The notes: generated from the sequence alone by a model not told the origin. 64,000 bases of DNA from Eledone cirrhosa (GCA_964016885.1 OZ024751.1:40424001-40488000), one strand, 5' to 3'; shown: positions 13,120-26,579, counted from the stretch's first letter. Numbers and translations: made by a program.

Positions 13120-14345
13120 ATTCTATCGTGTAATATGTATTTAACGTGTAATACATATCTATCGTGTAGTATCTGTCTATCTATCGTGTAATATGTATCT
13201 ACCGTGTAGTATCTATCGTGTAATATCTATCTATCGTGTAGTATCTATCGTGTAATATGTATCTATCGTGTAGTATCTATCGTGTAATATCTATCTATCG
13301 TGTAGTATCTATCGTGTAATATCTATCTATCGTGTAGTATCTATCGTGTAATATGTATCTATCGTGTAATAGCTATCTATCGTGTAGTATCTATCGTGTA
13401 GTATCTATCGTGTAGTATCTATGGTGTAGTATCTATCTATCGTGTAGTATCTATCTATCGTGTAGTATCTATCGTGTAGTATCTATGGTGTAGTATCTAT
13501 CTATCGTGTAATATCTATCGTGTAGTATCTATGGTGTAGTATCTATCTATGGTGTAGTATCTATCTATGGTGTAGTATCTATCTATGGTGTAGTATCTAT
13601 CTATAGTGTAGTATCTATCTATCGTGTACTATCTATCTATGGTGTAGTATCTATCTATGGTGTAATATGTATCTATCGTGTAATATCTATCTATGGTGTA
13701 GTATCTATCTATGGTGTAGTATCTATCTATGGTGTAGTATCTATCTATAGTGTAGTATCTATCTATCGGGTACTATCTATCTATGGTGTAGTATCTATCT
13801 ATCGCGTAATATCTATCTATCTATCGTGTAGTATCTATCTATCGTGTAGTATCTATCTATCGCGTAATATCTATCTATCTATGGTGTAGTATCTGTCTAT
13901 GGTGTACTATCTATCTATGGTGTAGTATCTATCTATGGTGTAGTATCTATCTATCGCGTAATATCTATCTATCAGGAGTTGAGGGTTGTTCTATCGACGG
14001 GGTATTAAACAACCCATTTGTGGCGCCTCCCCCCTATTGGGGATTTCGATTGTTGAAATTGTTTGTTTTTATATTTTTTACACGACTGTATGTAAAATCC
14101 CCGGCATGTCTTTGTATTGTCCCCTTTTCTTGTTGCGCCCTTGTGGCTAATAAAGAAATCTATCTATGGTGTAGTATTTATTTATGGTGTAGTATCTATG
14201 GTGTAGTATCTATCTATGGTGGAGTATCTATCTATGGTGTAGTATCTATCTATGGTGTAGTATCTATCTATCTATCGTGTAGTATCTATGGTGTAGTATC
14301 TATCTATCGTGTAGTATCTATCGTGTAGTATCTATCTATCGTGTT
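13120..14345. repeat. 14/18-bp composite satellite (TATC)1-3 + GTGTAG
   Basis: Direct observation; interrupted at 13974-14158. Confidence 0.9.
13974..14158 (+). mobile_element. Tx1-like LINE 3' UTR fragment inserted in the TCTA satellite
   Basis: Ends cccttgtggctaataaagaaa, like the 31459-31898 element; interrupts the satellite. Confidence 0.65.
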
Positions 14346-14469
14346 ATATGTTAAATTATTTAAACGTTAAATTATTTAAACGTTAAATGTTACTCTACAA
14401 AGTGTTTTAAGTTTGGAATATCGCTACTTATAAGCTTCGTTTTTACCTCACGCACTTACACACAAAGCG

Positions 14470-14574
<105 letters not shown>

Positions 14575-14575
14575 T

Positions 14576-14613
<38 letters not shown>

Positions 14614-14658
14614 TAAAAATATTTGCTTGTTGTATCCCAACAATTTAAATAGAACTTC

Positions 14659-14711
<53 letters not shown>

Positions 14712-14773
14712 ACAATAATACATACATGTATACATATGCTCGAAATTGCATTCAAATAGTGTGGCTGACGAGG

Positions 14774-14814
<41 letters not shown>

Positions 14815-14821
<7 letters not shown>

Positions 14822-15010
14822 TAACAGATTAAAGTTTAAGCAAAGAATCGCTGCTTTCACCCATAACGGGATCTTGAAAGCAACGATTCTTTGCTTAAAC
14901 TTTAATCTGTTATTTTAATAAATATTTGCTCTAGGTTTCTTATATATTTGATATACATATCGAGCCCTCTTTGGATTTTACTCTGCGCATTTATTATTGT
15001 TATTATTACT
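14815..15010 (+). mobile_element. Penelope-like element family B, 45-bp hairpin + tail
   Basis: Arms 14815-14859 / 14875-14919 with one C.A mismatch; tail is the reverse complement of 5051-5141. Confidence 0.7.
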
Positions 15011-15017
15011 ATATGTG

Positions 15018-15065
<48 letters not shown>

Positions 15066-15446
15066 ATTCATATATCTTTCTGTGTGTTTTTGTTTTGCTT
15101 TTTATTCTGGTCACATTTTTCATTACCAAAGCTATGATAATTATTAACCCCTTCCCCCCTTCCCCCCTTCCCCTCAACCCACTGTACACAGTCAGTCTTG
15201 CAGAACTATTCCTTCGTTATCATTCCTAAAATAGAAACAAAGGTCTCATCTGTGCGAGAGGGTTTGGGGGCTGGGCTCATAAGTGTGTGTGTGTGCGTAT
15301 GTATGTATGTGTGTATGTATGTGTATATATGTATGGATGAGTGTGTGTGTGTATATGTATGTATGTGTGGGGTGTCTGTGTTTGTGAAGCCTTAACGATG
15401 TGTTAGAGCAAGGAAAATGGGGCAATCTTAATGAATATATATGTAT

Positions 15447-15542
<96 letters not shown>

Positions 15543-15618
15543 ATATATATACATACATATATATATATGCATACATACATATATATATACATACATACAT
15601 ATATATATATAAATATAT

Positions 15619-15700
<82 letters not shown>

Positions 15701-15859
15701 ACATGTATGTATATAGGTATATATGTGTGTGTATACATGCAAGCATGTACTCCCTAGGTTACTTGTTTTAATAGAACAGCTACTGTCATAATAATTGTAG
15801 GCATAGCTTTGCTGGATCACTGCTTAGCTGGATTTTGGCTGGGTTCACTGTTGAGAAGA

Positions 15860-16130
15860 GTAGTGGCGGCGGTGGTGGTGGTGGTGGTGGTGGTGGTGGT
15901 GTGGAAGTGGTGGTGGTGGCGGTGTGGTAGTGGTGGTGGTGGTGGTGGTGGTGATGGTGATGGTGGTGGTGTGGAAGTGGTGGTGGTGGTGGTGGTGCTG
16001 TGGTGGTGGTGGTGGTGGTGGTGGTGGTGGTGGTGGTGATGGTGGTGGTGGTGCTGTGGTGGTGGTGGTGGTGGTGGTGGTGGTGGTGGTGGTGGTGGTG
16101 ATGGTGATGGTGGTGGTGGTGGTGATAGTA
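15860..16130. repeat. (GGT)n repeat; complementary (CAC)n tract at 28730-29065
   Basis: Direct observation. Confidence 0.9.
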
Positions 16131-16244
16131 GTTAAGATAGACGAAATCTTGAGTCATTGTTATAGAAGGGAGGATGAGACAGGTAAGAAGGGGGGATGAG
16201 GTAGTTAACAAGGAGGGGGGGGGGTAAGAAGGGCGGAGGGGGAG

Positions 16245-16555
16245 GCAGGTAAGGCAGGTGAGGCACGGCTACATGTAGGAAAGTAACGGTAGAAAGGCAA
16301 GGTAAGACAGACAGGTAAGGTAAGGTAAGGTAAGGTAAGGTAAGACAGACAGGTAAGGTAAGATAAGACAGACAGGTAAGGTAAGACAGACAGGTATGGT
16401 AAGGTAAGGTAAGACAGACAGGTAAGGTAAGGTAAGACAGACAGGTAAGGTAAGGTAAGACAGACAGGTAAGGTAATGTAAGACAGACAGGTAAGGTAAG
16501 ACAGACAGGTAAGGTAAGGTAAGACAGACAGGTAAGGTAAGGTAAGACAGATAGG
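16245..16555. repeat. Composite (GTAAG)n/(ACAG)n repeat
   Basis: Direct observation. Confidence 0.9.
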
Positions 16556-16845
16556 TAGAGGGGGTGGTCGAGGGCTCCGGGCTTATTAACAGATGATTAA
16601 TTAAATCGGTGGTGGGCACTTCCTGTGTTACCTGGCTGTTACCTGAGATGAGAGAATGATGGAATGTGTGTCTGTGTTTCTCTGTCTGTGTCTGTATGTA
16701 TGTGTGTCTGTGTATGTATTGTGTGTGTGTGTATGTATTGTGTATGTGTCTGTATATGTATTGTGTGTGTGTGTGTATGTATTGTGTGTGTGTCTGTATA
16801 TGTATTGTGTGTGTGTGTATGTATTGTGTGTGTATGTATATGTAT

Positions 16846-16878
<33 letters not shown>

Positions 16879-16988
16879 AAGAGTTTTAAAAAAAGGGGAA
16901 GCAGGTATATGAGAAATGGGGAAATATATAAAAGAAGAATTAAAGAAATGAAATGAGAAAGGGGATTAGAGAGGAGGAGAGAGAGGGA

Positions 16989-17052
<64 letters not shown>

Positions 17053-17357
17053 AAGGGAGTGAGTGGAGGTTGGAGAGGAGAGAAGGAGAGAGGATTAGAT
17101 GATGGTGGGGTGGAAGGAAGGTTATCACGTGGTTTAGTTGGCTGAAACTTTCTATTACAGGAGAGAAGGAGACAGGAGAGAAGGAGGAGTAGGATAAGTG
17201 AGAGGGAGAGAAGGAGGAGTAGGATAAGTGAGAGTGGGGATGGTGAGAGAAAATAATGCAGAGAGAGAAAGAAGGATGAGAGAGAGAGAGAGAGATAGAA
17301 GGATAAGGAAAGTGAGGTAAAGACATAGATACACACACACACACATACACACACACA

Positions 17358-17393
<36 letters not shown>

Positions 17394-17485
17394 GATGCTC
17401 TTATATATGCACACATGTACACACAGAGAATACAGTGTGGTATTGATGGTAGGGATGTTGGTGGCAAGGAAAGATAACTCTAATA

Positions 17486-17542
<57 letters not shown>

Positions 17543-17777
17543 ATAAGAAGTTGAGGGGACTAGCATAAGGTTTCCCTGCTAGTACTGGTTGCATCTGTGT
17601 GTGTGTCTCTCTCTATCCTTGTGTTGGCATTTATGTGTGATTCCGTGTATATATATGTGTGTGTATGTGTGTATGTGTGTGTGTATGTGTGCGTTTCTAT
17701 CCTTGTGTTGGCATGTATGTGTGTTTCCGTATATATATATATATGTGTGTGTATGTATGTGTGTGTGTGTGTGTGTG

Positions 17778-17839
<62 letters not shown>

Positions 17840-18201
17840 ACTGTGTATTTGGCTTCGAGTAAGTACATTGTATCCCTCCATAATTAAAGAAGTAATTTAA
17901 GGGGTTGGTGTCATTAGGAACTGTAAAACATTGCCTCAAAAACGACCCTGTGATTGTTGTGAAGTCTTATGGGGACCAGCAAGGCTGACCCCTGATTTAA
18001 CTGGAATAAATCACCTTAAACCTTTCCTCAACATATGTCTCACATAATACAGTATTTGAAATAATTAATGTAGAATTTGGCAGGACCTATTAAAAATATG
18101 ATTTAATTATTAAAATGGAATGAAGGTGCGTGGCTTAGAGGTTAGAGAGTTGGATTAGCAATTGTGAGGTTGTGAGTTCGATTCCAGGACTGGGTGATGT
18201 G

Positions 18202-18481
18202 TTCATAGGCTGACCAAGATACTCTCTTGGAATGACCAAATGAGGTTTATTTTTCAACAGTCTCTGGAAAGAAACAATGCAGTTATTGATAAGAAGAGTT
18301 GAAATTAATGCATGCAATATTTCACAGCTCTAGCATCACTCTTCATAGGCTTACCAAGACACTCTCATGCAATGACCAAATGAGGTTTATTTTTCAACAT
18401 AGACTCTGGAAAGAAGCGTTGAAATTAATGAATGCAAGATTTCACAGCTCTAGTATCATTCCGTCATAGCCAGCCTATGAC
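18202..18481 (-). mobile_element. Internally deleted mariner derivative, tandemly duplicated
   Basis: Ends tcataggctgac.. / ..gccagcctatga; the second unit's minus strand tatgttgaaaaataa = YVEK* (mariner C-terminus); two ~140 bp units; related piece at 36582-36636. Confidence 0.6.
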
Positions 18482-19981
18482 ACTTTTATTCTACCCTCAT
18501 ATAATTATGTTAGAAGATTTTCATTTAAATAGAAACTATTTTTAAATGAGTGATTTTGTTCAATAGAAGCAGAATAGGTTAGAATAGGTTGGTATTAAAG
18601 AGGTTAAAATACTTGTTAATTAATTAATGACTGAATTAATGAATGAAATACAGACAGCATGGTTTTAGATTCAGTATGGTCTTTGGTAGTTTTTAATTAA
18701 TATCAGCTTACATAACAAAGTGGAGTGATAATCAACATAAACTTGTACAGCTTGTACTAGGCTCTACAGTACATTTCAATTGTATATATATATGGAATGT
18801 TGTAAAATATTGAAGCAAAAATTAATAATAATAAATTTAATTAGAATATACCTTTAATTAAAATAAAAACATCTCCAACTATATATGTTAATAATCATTA
18901 GTTTAATTATAAACTAATTAGTTTATAATTAATTACAGTAAAAAAAAAATGGAACACCCCCTCCTTTCTCCCAATGATGAAAAGCAAAGTCAAAGTTAAC
19001 CTGTGTGGGATTTGAACTCAGAATGTACAGGACTGAAACAAATACCAAAAGGCATTCTGTCCTATACTTTAACAATTCCACTAATCCCTCACTTTTGACT
19101 GATATTTTAGTTATTGATCCCCAAAAGGATGAAAGGCAAAGTTAAAATTGATATTTTGAAGGCACGTGGCTGAGTGGTTAGAGAATTGGATTCACAATCG
19201 TGAGGTTGTGAGTTCGATTCCCAGACTGAGTGATGCATTATGTCCTTAAGCAAGACACATTATTTCGCATTGCTCCTTCTACTTGAATTTGCAGCCAGTA
19301 GATAGTATTAGCAATTGGAAAGACCCATGGAAACACTGTTTCCTCGGTCCAATTTGAAAAGCTCCACCTCACTCAATAAGTGAATGAGGTCTGTTATGAT
19401 ACAGGGCCAATTTATCAGCCCTGAAAGAATGAAAATTTAATTTAAAGTTTAGCTTTGTGGGATTTGAAGTCAGTGTGCAGAGAGCCAGAACAAATACCAC
19501 AAAGCATTTTAATCTAACGGCTCTGCCACTTTGTCACCTATAATGCTTAACATGTTACCTCTTGATTTGATCCTCCTTCCACCCAGCCTGCCCTCCACAA
19601 ATATCAATTTGATTCACCTTCCCCTACCACAAATATCAATTCGATCCAACCACCCACCACTAACACTAATTTGATCCACTTTCCACCTCCCACAAATATT
19701 AATAACCCCCTTATTTACAACCTCTTCCCATTATTGGTTGTGTAAACCAGAACTTTGCTGGAATTCTAAATACTCTAACAATATCTTGTTAATCAACTTT
19801 AATCCATGTTACTGTAAGTTGAACAGCTGTTGATCTAAACCACTTAATATTTCATACTTTAAGAGCTTCTCATATCTTACTATGAAAACAGGTTTTTACA
19901 TGTCTTTACTTTAAATGTGTTTGTAAACCTTCCACACTTAAGGATCATAAAACAACTTGATTCAGACTGGCCTTTAGTTTG

Positions 19982-20440
19982 CCTGTTTAATAAACTGTGT
20001 ATCAAGCATTTCTTTACATATAGTTTAGTAACACCTTTACTATAACTATGTTTGTGGCCTTCCTACACTTTTCTCTGTTGATCCAAGATTTACCTGTTTA
20101 ACAAACTCTGTATCAAGTACTTCTTTACATATAGTTGAGTAACACCTTTACTATAACTATGTTTGTGGCCTTCCTACACTTTTCTCTGTTGATCCAAGAT
20201 TTACCTGTTTAACAAACTCTGTATCAAGTACTTCTTTACATATAGTTGAGTAACACCTTTACTATAACTATGTTTGTGGCCTTCCTACACTTTTCTCTGT
20301 TGATCCAAGATTTACCTGTTTAACAAACTCTGTATCAAGTACTTCTTTACATATAGTTGAGTAACACCTTTACTATAACTATGCTTGTGACCTTTCCACC
20401 AACACTACTCTCTGTTGATCCAAGGTTTTCTTGTTTTATA
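19982..20440. repeat. 111-bp tandem repeat, ~4 units
   Basis: aacaaactct recurs at 20100, 20211 and 20322. Confidence 0.9.
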
Positions 20441-20744
20441 AATGGGTTTTTAGCTTACCATAGTCAATCCTTTTGATACCTATATACTTTAAATCACTCC
20501 TGGTATTATGATACAAAACTGTTCCTTTTAAAGTGTCCATCCTTATATTAAAACCTTTCATCATAATTTTATGTGGGAACTTTTCTTAAGTCATTCCCCA
20601 AATACTGGCTTAACAAAGAAAAATTAAATAAATATTAAACTAAATTCCTCCAAATTCTTGATTATTTTCAAAATGCATTGAAACATATGAACCACATCCT
20701 TCATTAGAAGTATAGTAATAAAAGGTTTAATGCTACTCGGTGAT

Positions 20745-21965
20745 TTAAGGTCAACTCTCACAACCTCTGCCCGGGTTTTCCTTGGTCTACCTCTACTGAA
20801 GTCAACTCTCACAACCTCTGCCCGGGTCTTCCTTGGTTTACCTCTACTGAGGTCAGCTCTCCCCACCTCTGCCCAGGTCTTCCTTGGTCTACCTCTACTG
20901 AGGTCAGCTCTCACCACCTCTGCCCAGGGCTTCCTTGGTCTACCTCTACTGAGGTCAGCTCTCACAACCTCTACCCAGGTCTTCCTTGGTCTACCTCTAC
21001 TGAGGTCAGCTCTCACCACCTCTGCCCGGGTCTTCCTTGGTCTACCTCTACTGAAGTCAGCTATCACAACCTCTGCCCAGGTCTTCCTTGGTCTACCTCT
21101 ACTGAAGTCAGCTATCACAACCTCTACCCAGGTCTTCCTTGGTCTACCTCTACTGAGGTCAGCTCTCACAACCTCTACCCAGGTCTTCCTTGGTCTACCT
21201 CTACTGAGGTCAGCTCTCACAACCTCTACCCAGGTCTTCCTTGGTCTACCTCTACTGAGGTGAGCTCTCACAACCTCTGCCCAGGTCTTCCTTGGTCTAC
21301 CTCTACTGAAGTCAGCTCTCACAACCTCTGCCCAGGTCTTCCTTGGTCTACCTCTACTGAAGTCAGCTCTCACAACCTCTACCCAGGTCTTCCTTGGTCT
21401 ACCTCTACTGAGGTCAGCTCTCACAACCTCTACCCAGGTCTTCCTTGGTCTACCTCTACTGAGGTCAGCTCTCACAACCTCTACCCAGGTCTTCCTTGGT
21501 CTACCTCTACTGAAGTCAGCTATCACAACCTCTACCCAGGTCTTCCTTGGTCTACCTCTACTGAAGTCAGCTATCACAACCTCTGCCCAGGTCTTCCTTG
21601 GTCTACCTCTACTGAAGTCAGCTCTCACAACCTCTACCCAGGTCTTCCTTGGTCTACCTCTACTGAAGTCAGCTCTCACAACCTCTGCCCAGGTCTTCCT
21701 TGGTTTACCTCTACTGAAGTCAGCTCTCACAACCTCTGCCCAGGTCTTCCTTGGTTTACCTCTACTGAAGTCAGCTATCACAACCTCTACCCAGGTCTTC
21801 CTTGGTTTACCTCTACTGAAGTCAGCTCTCACAACCTCTACCCAGGTCTTCCTTGGTTTACCTCTACTGAAGTCAGCTCTCACAACCTCTACCCAGGTCT
21901 TCCTTGGTTTACCTCTACTGAAGTCAGCTCTCACAATCTTTACCCAGGTCTTCCATGGTTTACAT
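20745..21965 (-). repeat. 51-bp minisatellite (~24 units) derived from RTE ORF2 'RGRPRKTW' motif
   Basis: Unit encodes RGRPRKTWAEVVRADLS; the same motif appears in the RTE copies at 46820 and 48135. Confidence 0.9.
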
Positions 21966-22064
21966 TTCCTGGCACTTCTTCACCCAGCAATCACTGTCCA
22001 TGTACATCATAAATGTATCTATGTGTGTATGTGTGTAAGTATGTATGTATGTGAGTATGTGTGT

Positions 22065-22177
<113 letters not shown>

Positions 22178-22387
22178 TTTCAATTTAAGTTAAATATGCT
22201 AGGGAGGCAGCTGGCTCTATAAATTACTTTAATGGTTTTCAATAAAATAAATATTATTTTCTCCATTCATGGAAGAAAAGGAGAAATATTTGCTGTTTAA
22301 TTCTCACACCTGGACAAACATTCACTTTTTTATCAGGTGAAATAATCTGTTTTCCTTTAATTTCTTCATGCATACTAAATATACATA

Positions 22388-22455
<68 letters not shown>

Positions 22456-22516
22456 ATCATCATCATTATTGTTTAATATCCATGTTCCATACTAGCATAG
22501 GTTAGACAATATATAT

Positions 22517-22548
<32 letters not shown>

Positions 22549-22635
22549 AGTAATAATAATAAATTTGAAGACTAAAATCCAAAGTGGGCTCGATAAGGAT
22601 AAATATATATCAAAGATATAAGAACCATAGAGCAA

Positions 22636-22693
<58 letters not shown>

Positions 22694-22791
22694 GTATACA
22701 CACATCCATATCCACACACACCCATATATATGTATATGTATTGCAACTTCGGTTATACTCATTATAATATATATATATATATATGTATGTA

Positions 22792-22883
<92 letters not shown>

Positions 22884-23062
22884 TTTCCTAAATCTTACGT
22901 TAACTACTTTTCCCATCTTGACGTTATAGTCGCATATATGTTATAGAATGATGTTAGCTTCTCGCTAAAACAATCTCTATACCTCTCATTTATATATATA
23001 CATATATATATATATCCAAGGAAAATTCAACTGATAAGGTATGTTTACTTGGCTATGTCAAA

Positions 23063-23160
23063 ATTTATAAAACACACTTTGTATTTTATCTGATGAAAGC
23101 GTACCAAAGTTTTTGGTACCCTTGAAATATATATAATAGAATAAATATGGTTTTATAAAT
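23063..23160 (+). ncRNA. Type I minimal hammerhead ribozyme motif with extended stem I (family E)
   Basis: atttataaaac..tattttat-CTGATGA-aag c gtaccaaa gtt tttggtac c ctt-GAAA-tatata-TA-atagaata..gttttataaat. Stem I of 8+11 bp, stem II of 3+8 bp. Confidence 0.85.
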
Positions 23161-23209
23161 ATAGTTTCCATTTATTTAATATCATTGTATATATATATAT
23201 ATATATATG

Positions 23210-23550
23210 GAGGCACATGGCTTAGTGGTTAGAGCATTGGGCTTGCAATCGAAAGGTTGTGAGTTCAATTCTCAGACCGGGTGATGTGTTGTTTCCTTGA
23301 GCAAGACACTTTATTTCACATTGCTCCAGTTTACTCAGCTGTAGAAATGAGATGATAGGGACTGGGGTCCCTATCATTCCACTGCAAAGTGGTCGTGTAG
23401 ATGCCACGGCAAAAAGCACCCAGCACTCACTGTAAATGAGGTTGGTGTTAGGAAGGGCATCCAGCTGTAGAATTCATGCCAGAATCAGTTCCCGTCCCAC
23501 CCTTGCAAGCAGGGAAAAGTGGACGTAAAATGATGATGATGATGATGATG
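23210..23550 (+). mobile_element. tRNA-derived SINE family S2 with CORE-like segment and RTE-derived 3' tail
   Basis: tggcttagtggttagagc (A box), gagttcaattc (B box), ccttgagcaagacactt (CORE-like), then gttggtgttaggaagggcatccag...(gat)n shared with RTE R2. Related heads at 2850, 8495, 18125, 19160, 44880 (-) and 59860-60045 (-). Confidence 0.75.
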
Positions 23551-23741
23551 ATATATATATATATGTGTGTGTATATATATATGTATACATATATATATGT
23601 ATATATATATATATGTGTGTGTATGTATTATTATAACATTGATTTAATTGAAGTCGACTGTGAAAATGCAACTTTTATAATTTCAATATTGAGTTTTATC
23701 TGAGGTTATGTCATGATTTGGCAGATAAGTAAGATATTGGG

Positions 23742-23930
23742 TTAACCCTTATATTACCATAGCTCCTTTAATGAAAGACTGTCTATGTTTAAATAATCAA
23801 AAATTTGGAGAGATTTAGTAATATAACTAACTTTCTCATTGTTAAACTGGTATTTGGGACATAACTTAACAAAGGTTCTTACATAACATGATGGAAGCTT
23901 TGTAGATAAATATAAACACTTTAACCCTTT
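23742..23930. mobile_element. Old interspersed repeat (ttaaccct start, possibly piggyBac-derived)
   Basis: Shared core cataacttaacaaaggttcttacata..atgatggaag..tagataaata; degraded copies near 40770, 51780, 52140, 54620-55600 and 60320-60480. Confidence 0.5.
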
Positions 23931-24049
23931 TATTATCTTATTTTTGCTTATTATTTTCAAATAATTGATTCTTTCTTTCTCTCACCCCTCTCTCTCTCCT
24001 TCTCTCCTTCTCTCTCCCCCACTTTCCCTCTGGACCAAATACCAAAGAT

Positions 24050-24250
24050 CTTATTGCAGAGCTAACCTAGGGAACTAAATACCTAGCAGCTTATTGCAGA
24101 GCTAACCTAGGGAACTAAATACCTAGCAGCTTATTGTAGGGCTAACCTAGGGTGTTAAATACTCGGGTACTCATTATAGGACTAGTTAAGAGTGCTAAAT
24201 ACTCAGCTCCATATTATAGAGCTAGCCTAGGGCAGCTAAATAACCAGGTG
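24050..24250. repeat. 40-bp tandem repeat, ~5 degenerating units
   Basis: cttattgcagagctaacctagggaactaaatacctagcag. Confidence 0.85.
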
Positions 24251-24726
24251 TTGTCCTTATCCCACTCACACAACAAGAATGTTTGAAGGAAAAATAGTTG
24301 TTTCATAAATTCCAATACATATAAAGTTATGAAAAAAATGATCAAAGATATTTAAATAAAACTCGTCCCACACAAAAGACTGCATTCAGTGCTTCCATAA
24401 CTATTTATCTATAACTACATTGATTCTTAAGGAAGCTCATTGTAAACATTGTTCTCTTAGTAAGATATTGAAACTACCTTTAGAATAACTGGTACTTTAC
24501 ATTCTCATGCCTATATATGGAAGCCTGTAAGTGACAGGATATAATAAATATATCAACGGTCAAAGACACACATGAAAACTATTTTTGAGTATTTTTGTTT
24601 GATTTAGTTGTTGTTGTTGTTCTTGCTGTTTGTATTTTGTTGACGTTCAGAAAATGTCACCTACTTAACAACACATTCCATTAAGGTTAATTTCTCGGTA
24701 AAGGCGCCTATCTCTCTCTCCCTCCC

Positions 24727-24799
<73 letters not shown>

Positions 24800-24928
24800 G
24801 TATGTATGTATGTGTGGACGTGCCTATGTGAATGTGTTACATGCTTAGATCCATGTAGGTTCGGCATTTTGCTTCGATATGTATGTATGTGTGTGTGTTT
24901 ATGCATGTATGTTTCCATACACACACAC

Positions 24929-24969
<41 letters not shown>

Positions 24970-25528
24970 CATACATATATATATATATATATATGGTGAT
25001 GATGATGATCTAGTTCCTGCGGGGTGTCCTATGTTAAGGTCTATTCAGCCATATAGATAAGAGCTGCCATAATAAGAAATATTTACCAATGGAATTATGG
25101 AATTCCACCGATCTATCTTCTCCTCTCCTCCCCCTCTTTTCCCCTTTCCTCTCATCTCCCCCTCCTCTCGTCTCCCTTCCTTTCCTCTCCTCTCCTCTCG
25201 TCTCCCTTATCTTTCCTCTCCTCTCCTCGATGAAATACGTCAGGGATGATGAACGGTGGAGCGGCTCGTGAAATATGGTGATGATAGAATGGTGCGAGGG
25301 AGGGAGGTGTATAGAAGTGTGGAGGTGTGTGGATGCGTTTGTGCGTGGAGATGTGTGTGTATGGTTTGTGTGTGTGTGTGTGTGTGGAGGTGTGTGGAGA
25401 GTTCTATGTGTGTGTATGTATATACATGTGTGTATGTATGTGTATGTATGTATGTGTATATATGTATGTGTATGTATGTATGTGTGTGTATATACACAAA
25501 GGCCATTTCATTGCTACCCTCATTATTT

Positions 25529-25708
25529 TTGGCAGTATCGGTAGAGAGTCGGACGCCATGCTTTGTAGCATAGAGTTACGCCCTTTACGATCTGAGTTCA
25601 AATCCCGCCGAGGTTGACTTTGCCTTTCATCCTTACGGGGTCGATAAAATAAAGTACCAGTAATACACTGGTTAATTTGCTGGCATTGTGCCAAAAGTAG
25701 AAACAATT
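25529..25708 (+). mobile_element. SINE S1
   Basis: Full-length match to 9091-9260. Confidence 0.85.
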
Positions 25709-26061
25709 ATTTGACCCTATGACCTGGTCGTGGGCTGATGTATTTAAAGAAATTCAAATCTTTTCCTCGCTATTTAACTTTATAAATTAAGGAGCTGCTT
25801 TCGCTCCCCAAGAATCCGAATTCAGTTAAAGGTCCAAGCGGGTTGATATATATCCTGTAGTTCCAATATTTGTGTCTATTTTGGGCACAAGGCCACCTAT
25901 TTAAAGGTAAGGGGAAAGTTAATCGAAAGGTAAAGCTAACTTCGGCGGGATTTGAACTTAGAATGTAAACGGCCGTAACTCTATGCCACAAAGCATTTTG
26001 TCCGACGCTGCACAGATTTTGTCAATCCATCTCTAGCTCCAATAATAACAATAACAATAAG

Positions 26062-26240
26062 TGTTTCTACTTTTGCTTCAAGGCCAGCAATTTCCCCCAG
26101 TACATTACTGGTACTTTATTTTATCGACCTCGTAAGGATGAAAGGCAAAGTTAACCTCAGCGAGATTTGAACTCAGATCATAAAGGGCCGTAACTCTATA
26201 CTGCAAAGCATGGTGTCCGACTCTCTACCGATACTGCCAA
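26062..26240 (-). mobile_element. SINE S1
   Basis: Full-length reverse-complement match. Confidence 0.85.
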
Positions 26241-26579
26241 TAATATTGGTTTCTGATTTAGGCACTGAGTGAGAGAGAGTGAGTGAGTGAGAGAGTGTGA
26301 GTGAGAGAGAGTGAGTGAGAGAGAGAGTGTGAGTGAGAGAGAGTAAGAGAGAGATATTTAACTATTTAAATGAAATTCAAGTTGATACTAATACGCCTGT
26401 TCTTTAAATTATTTTATTTTATCTTAACGGAAAAATAATATTCTTAGTGTGGGGGGGGGGGCATAAAGTAAAATAAACCAGAGTGGCAACGAAAAGTCCG
26501 GCGACCAAAAGTCTGGCATTACCAATTCCGGACACTTGAGAGAGAAACGCCTTTATATTTCGCCTGGTTGTCAAAAACT

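Noticed and set aside
14738-14778. GAAA...CTGACGAG as a type II hammerhead
   Set aside because: Stems I and II cannot be formed convincingly.
16269-17594. 441-aa minus-strand ORF
   Set aside because: A chain of CA, CT and CTTAC simple repeats that lack stop codons by composition.
23210-23290. tRNA-like sequences with A/B boxes (also 2850, 18125, 19160)
   Set aside because: No complete cloverleaf; they continue into SINE bodies.
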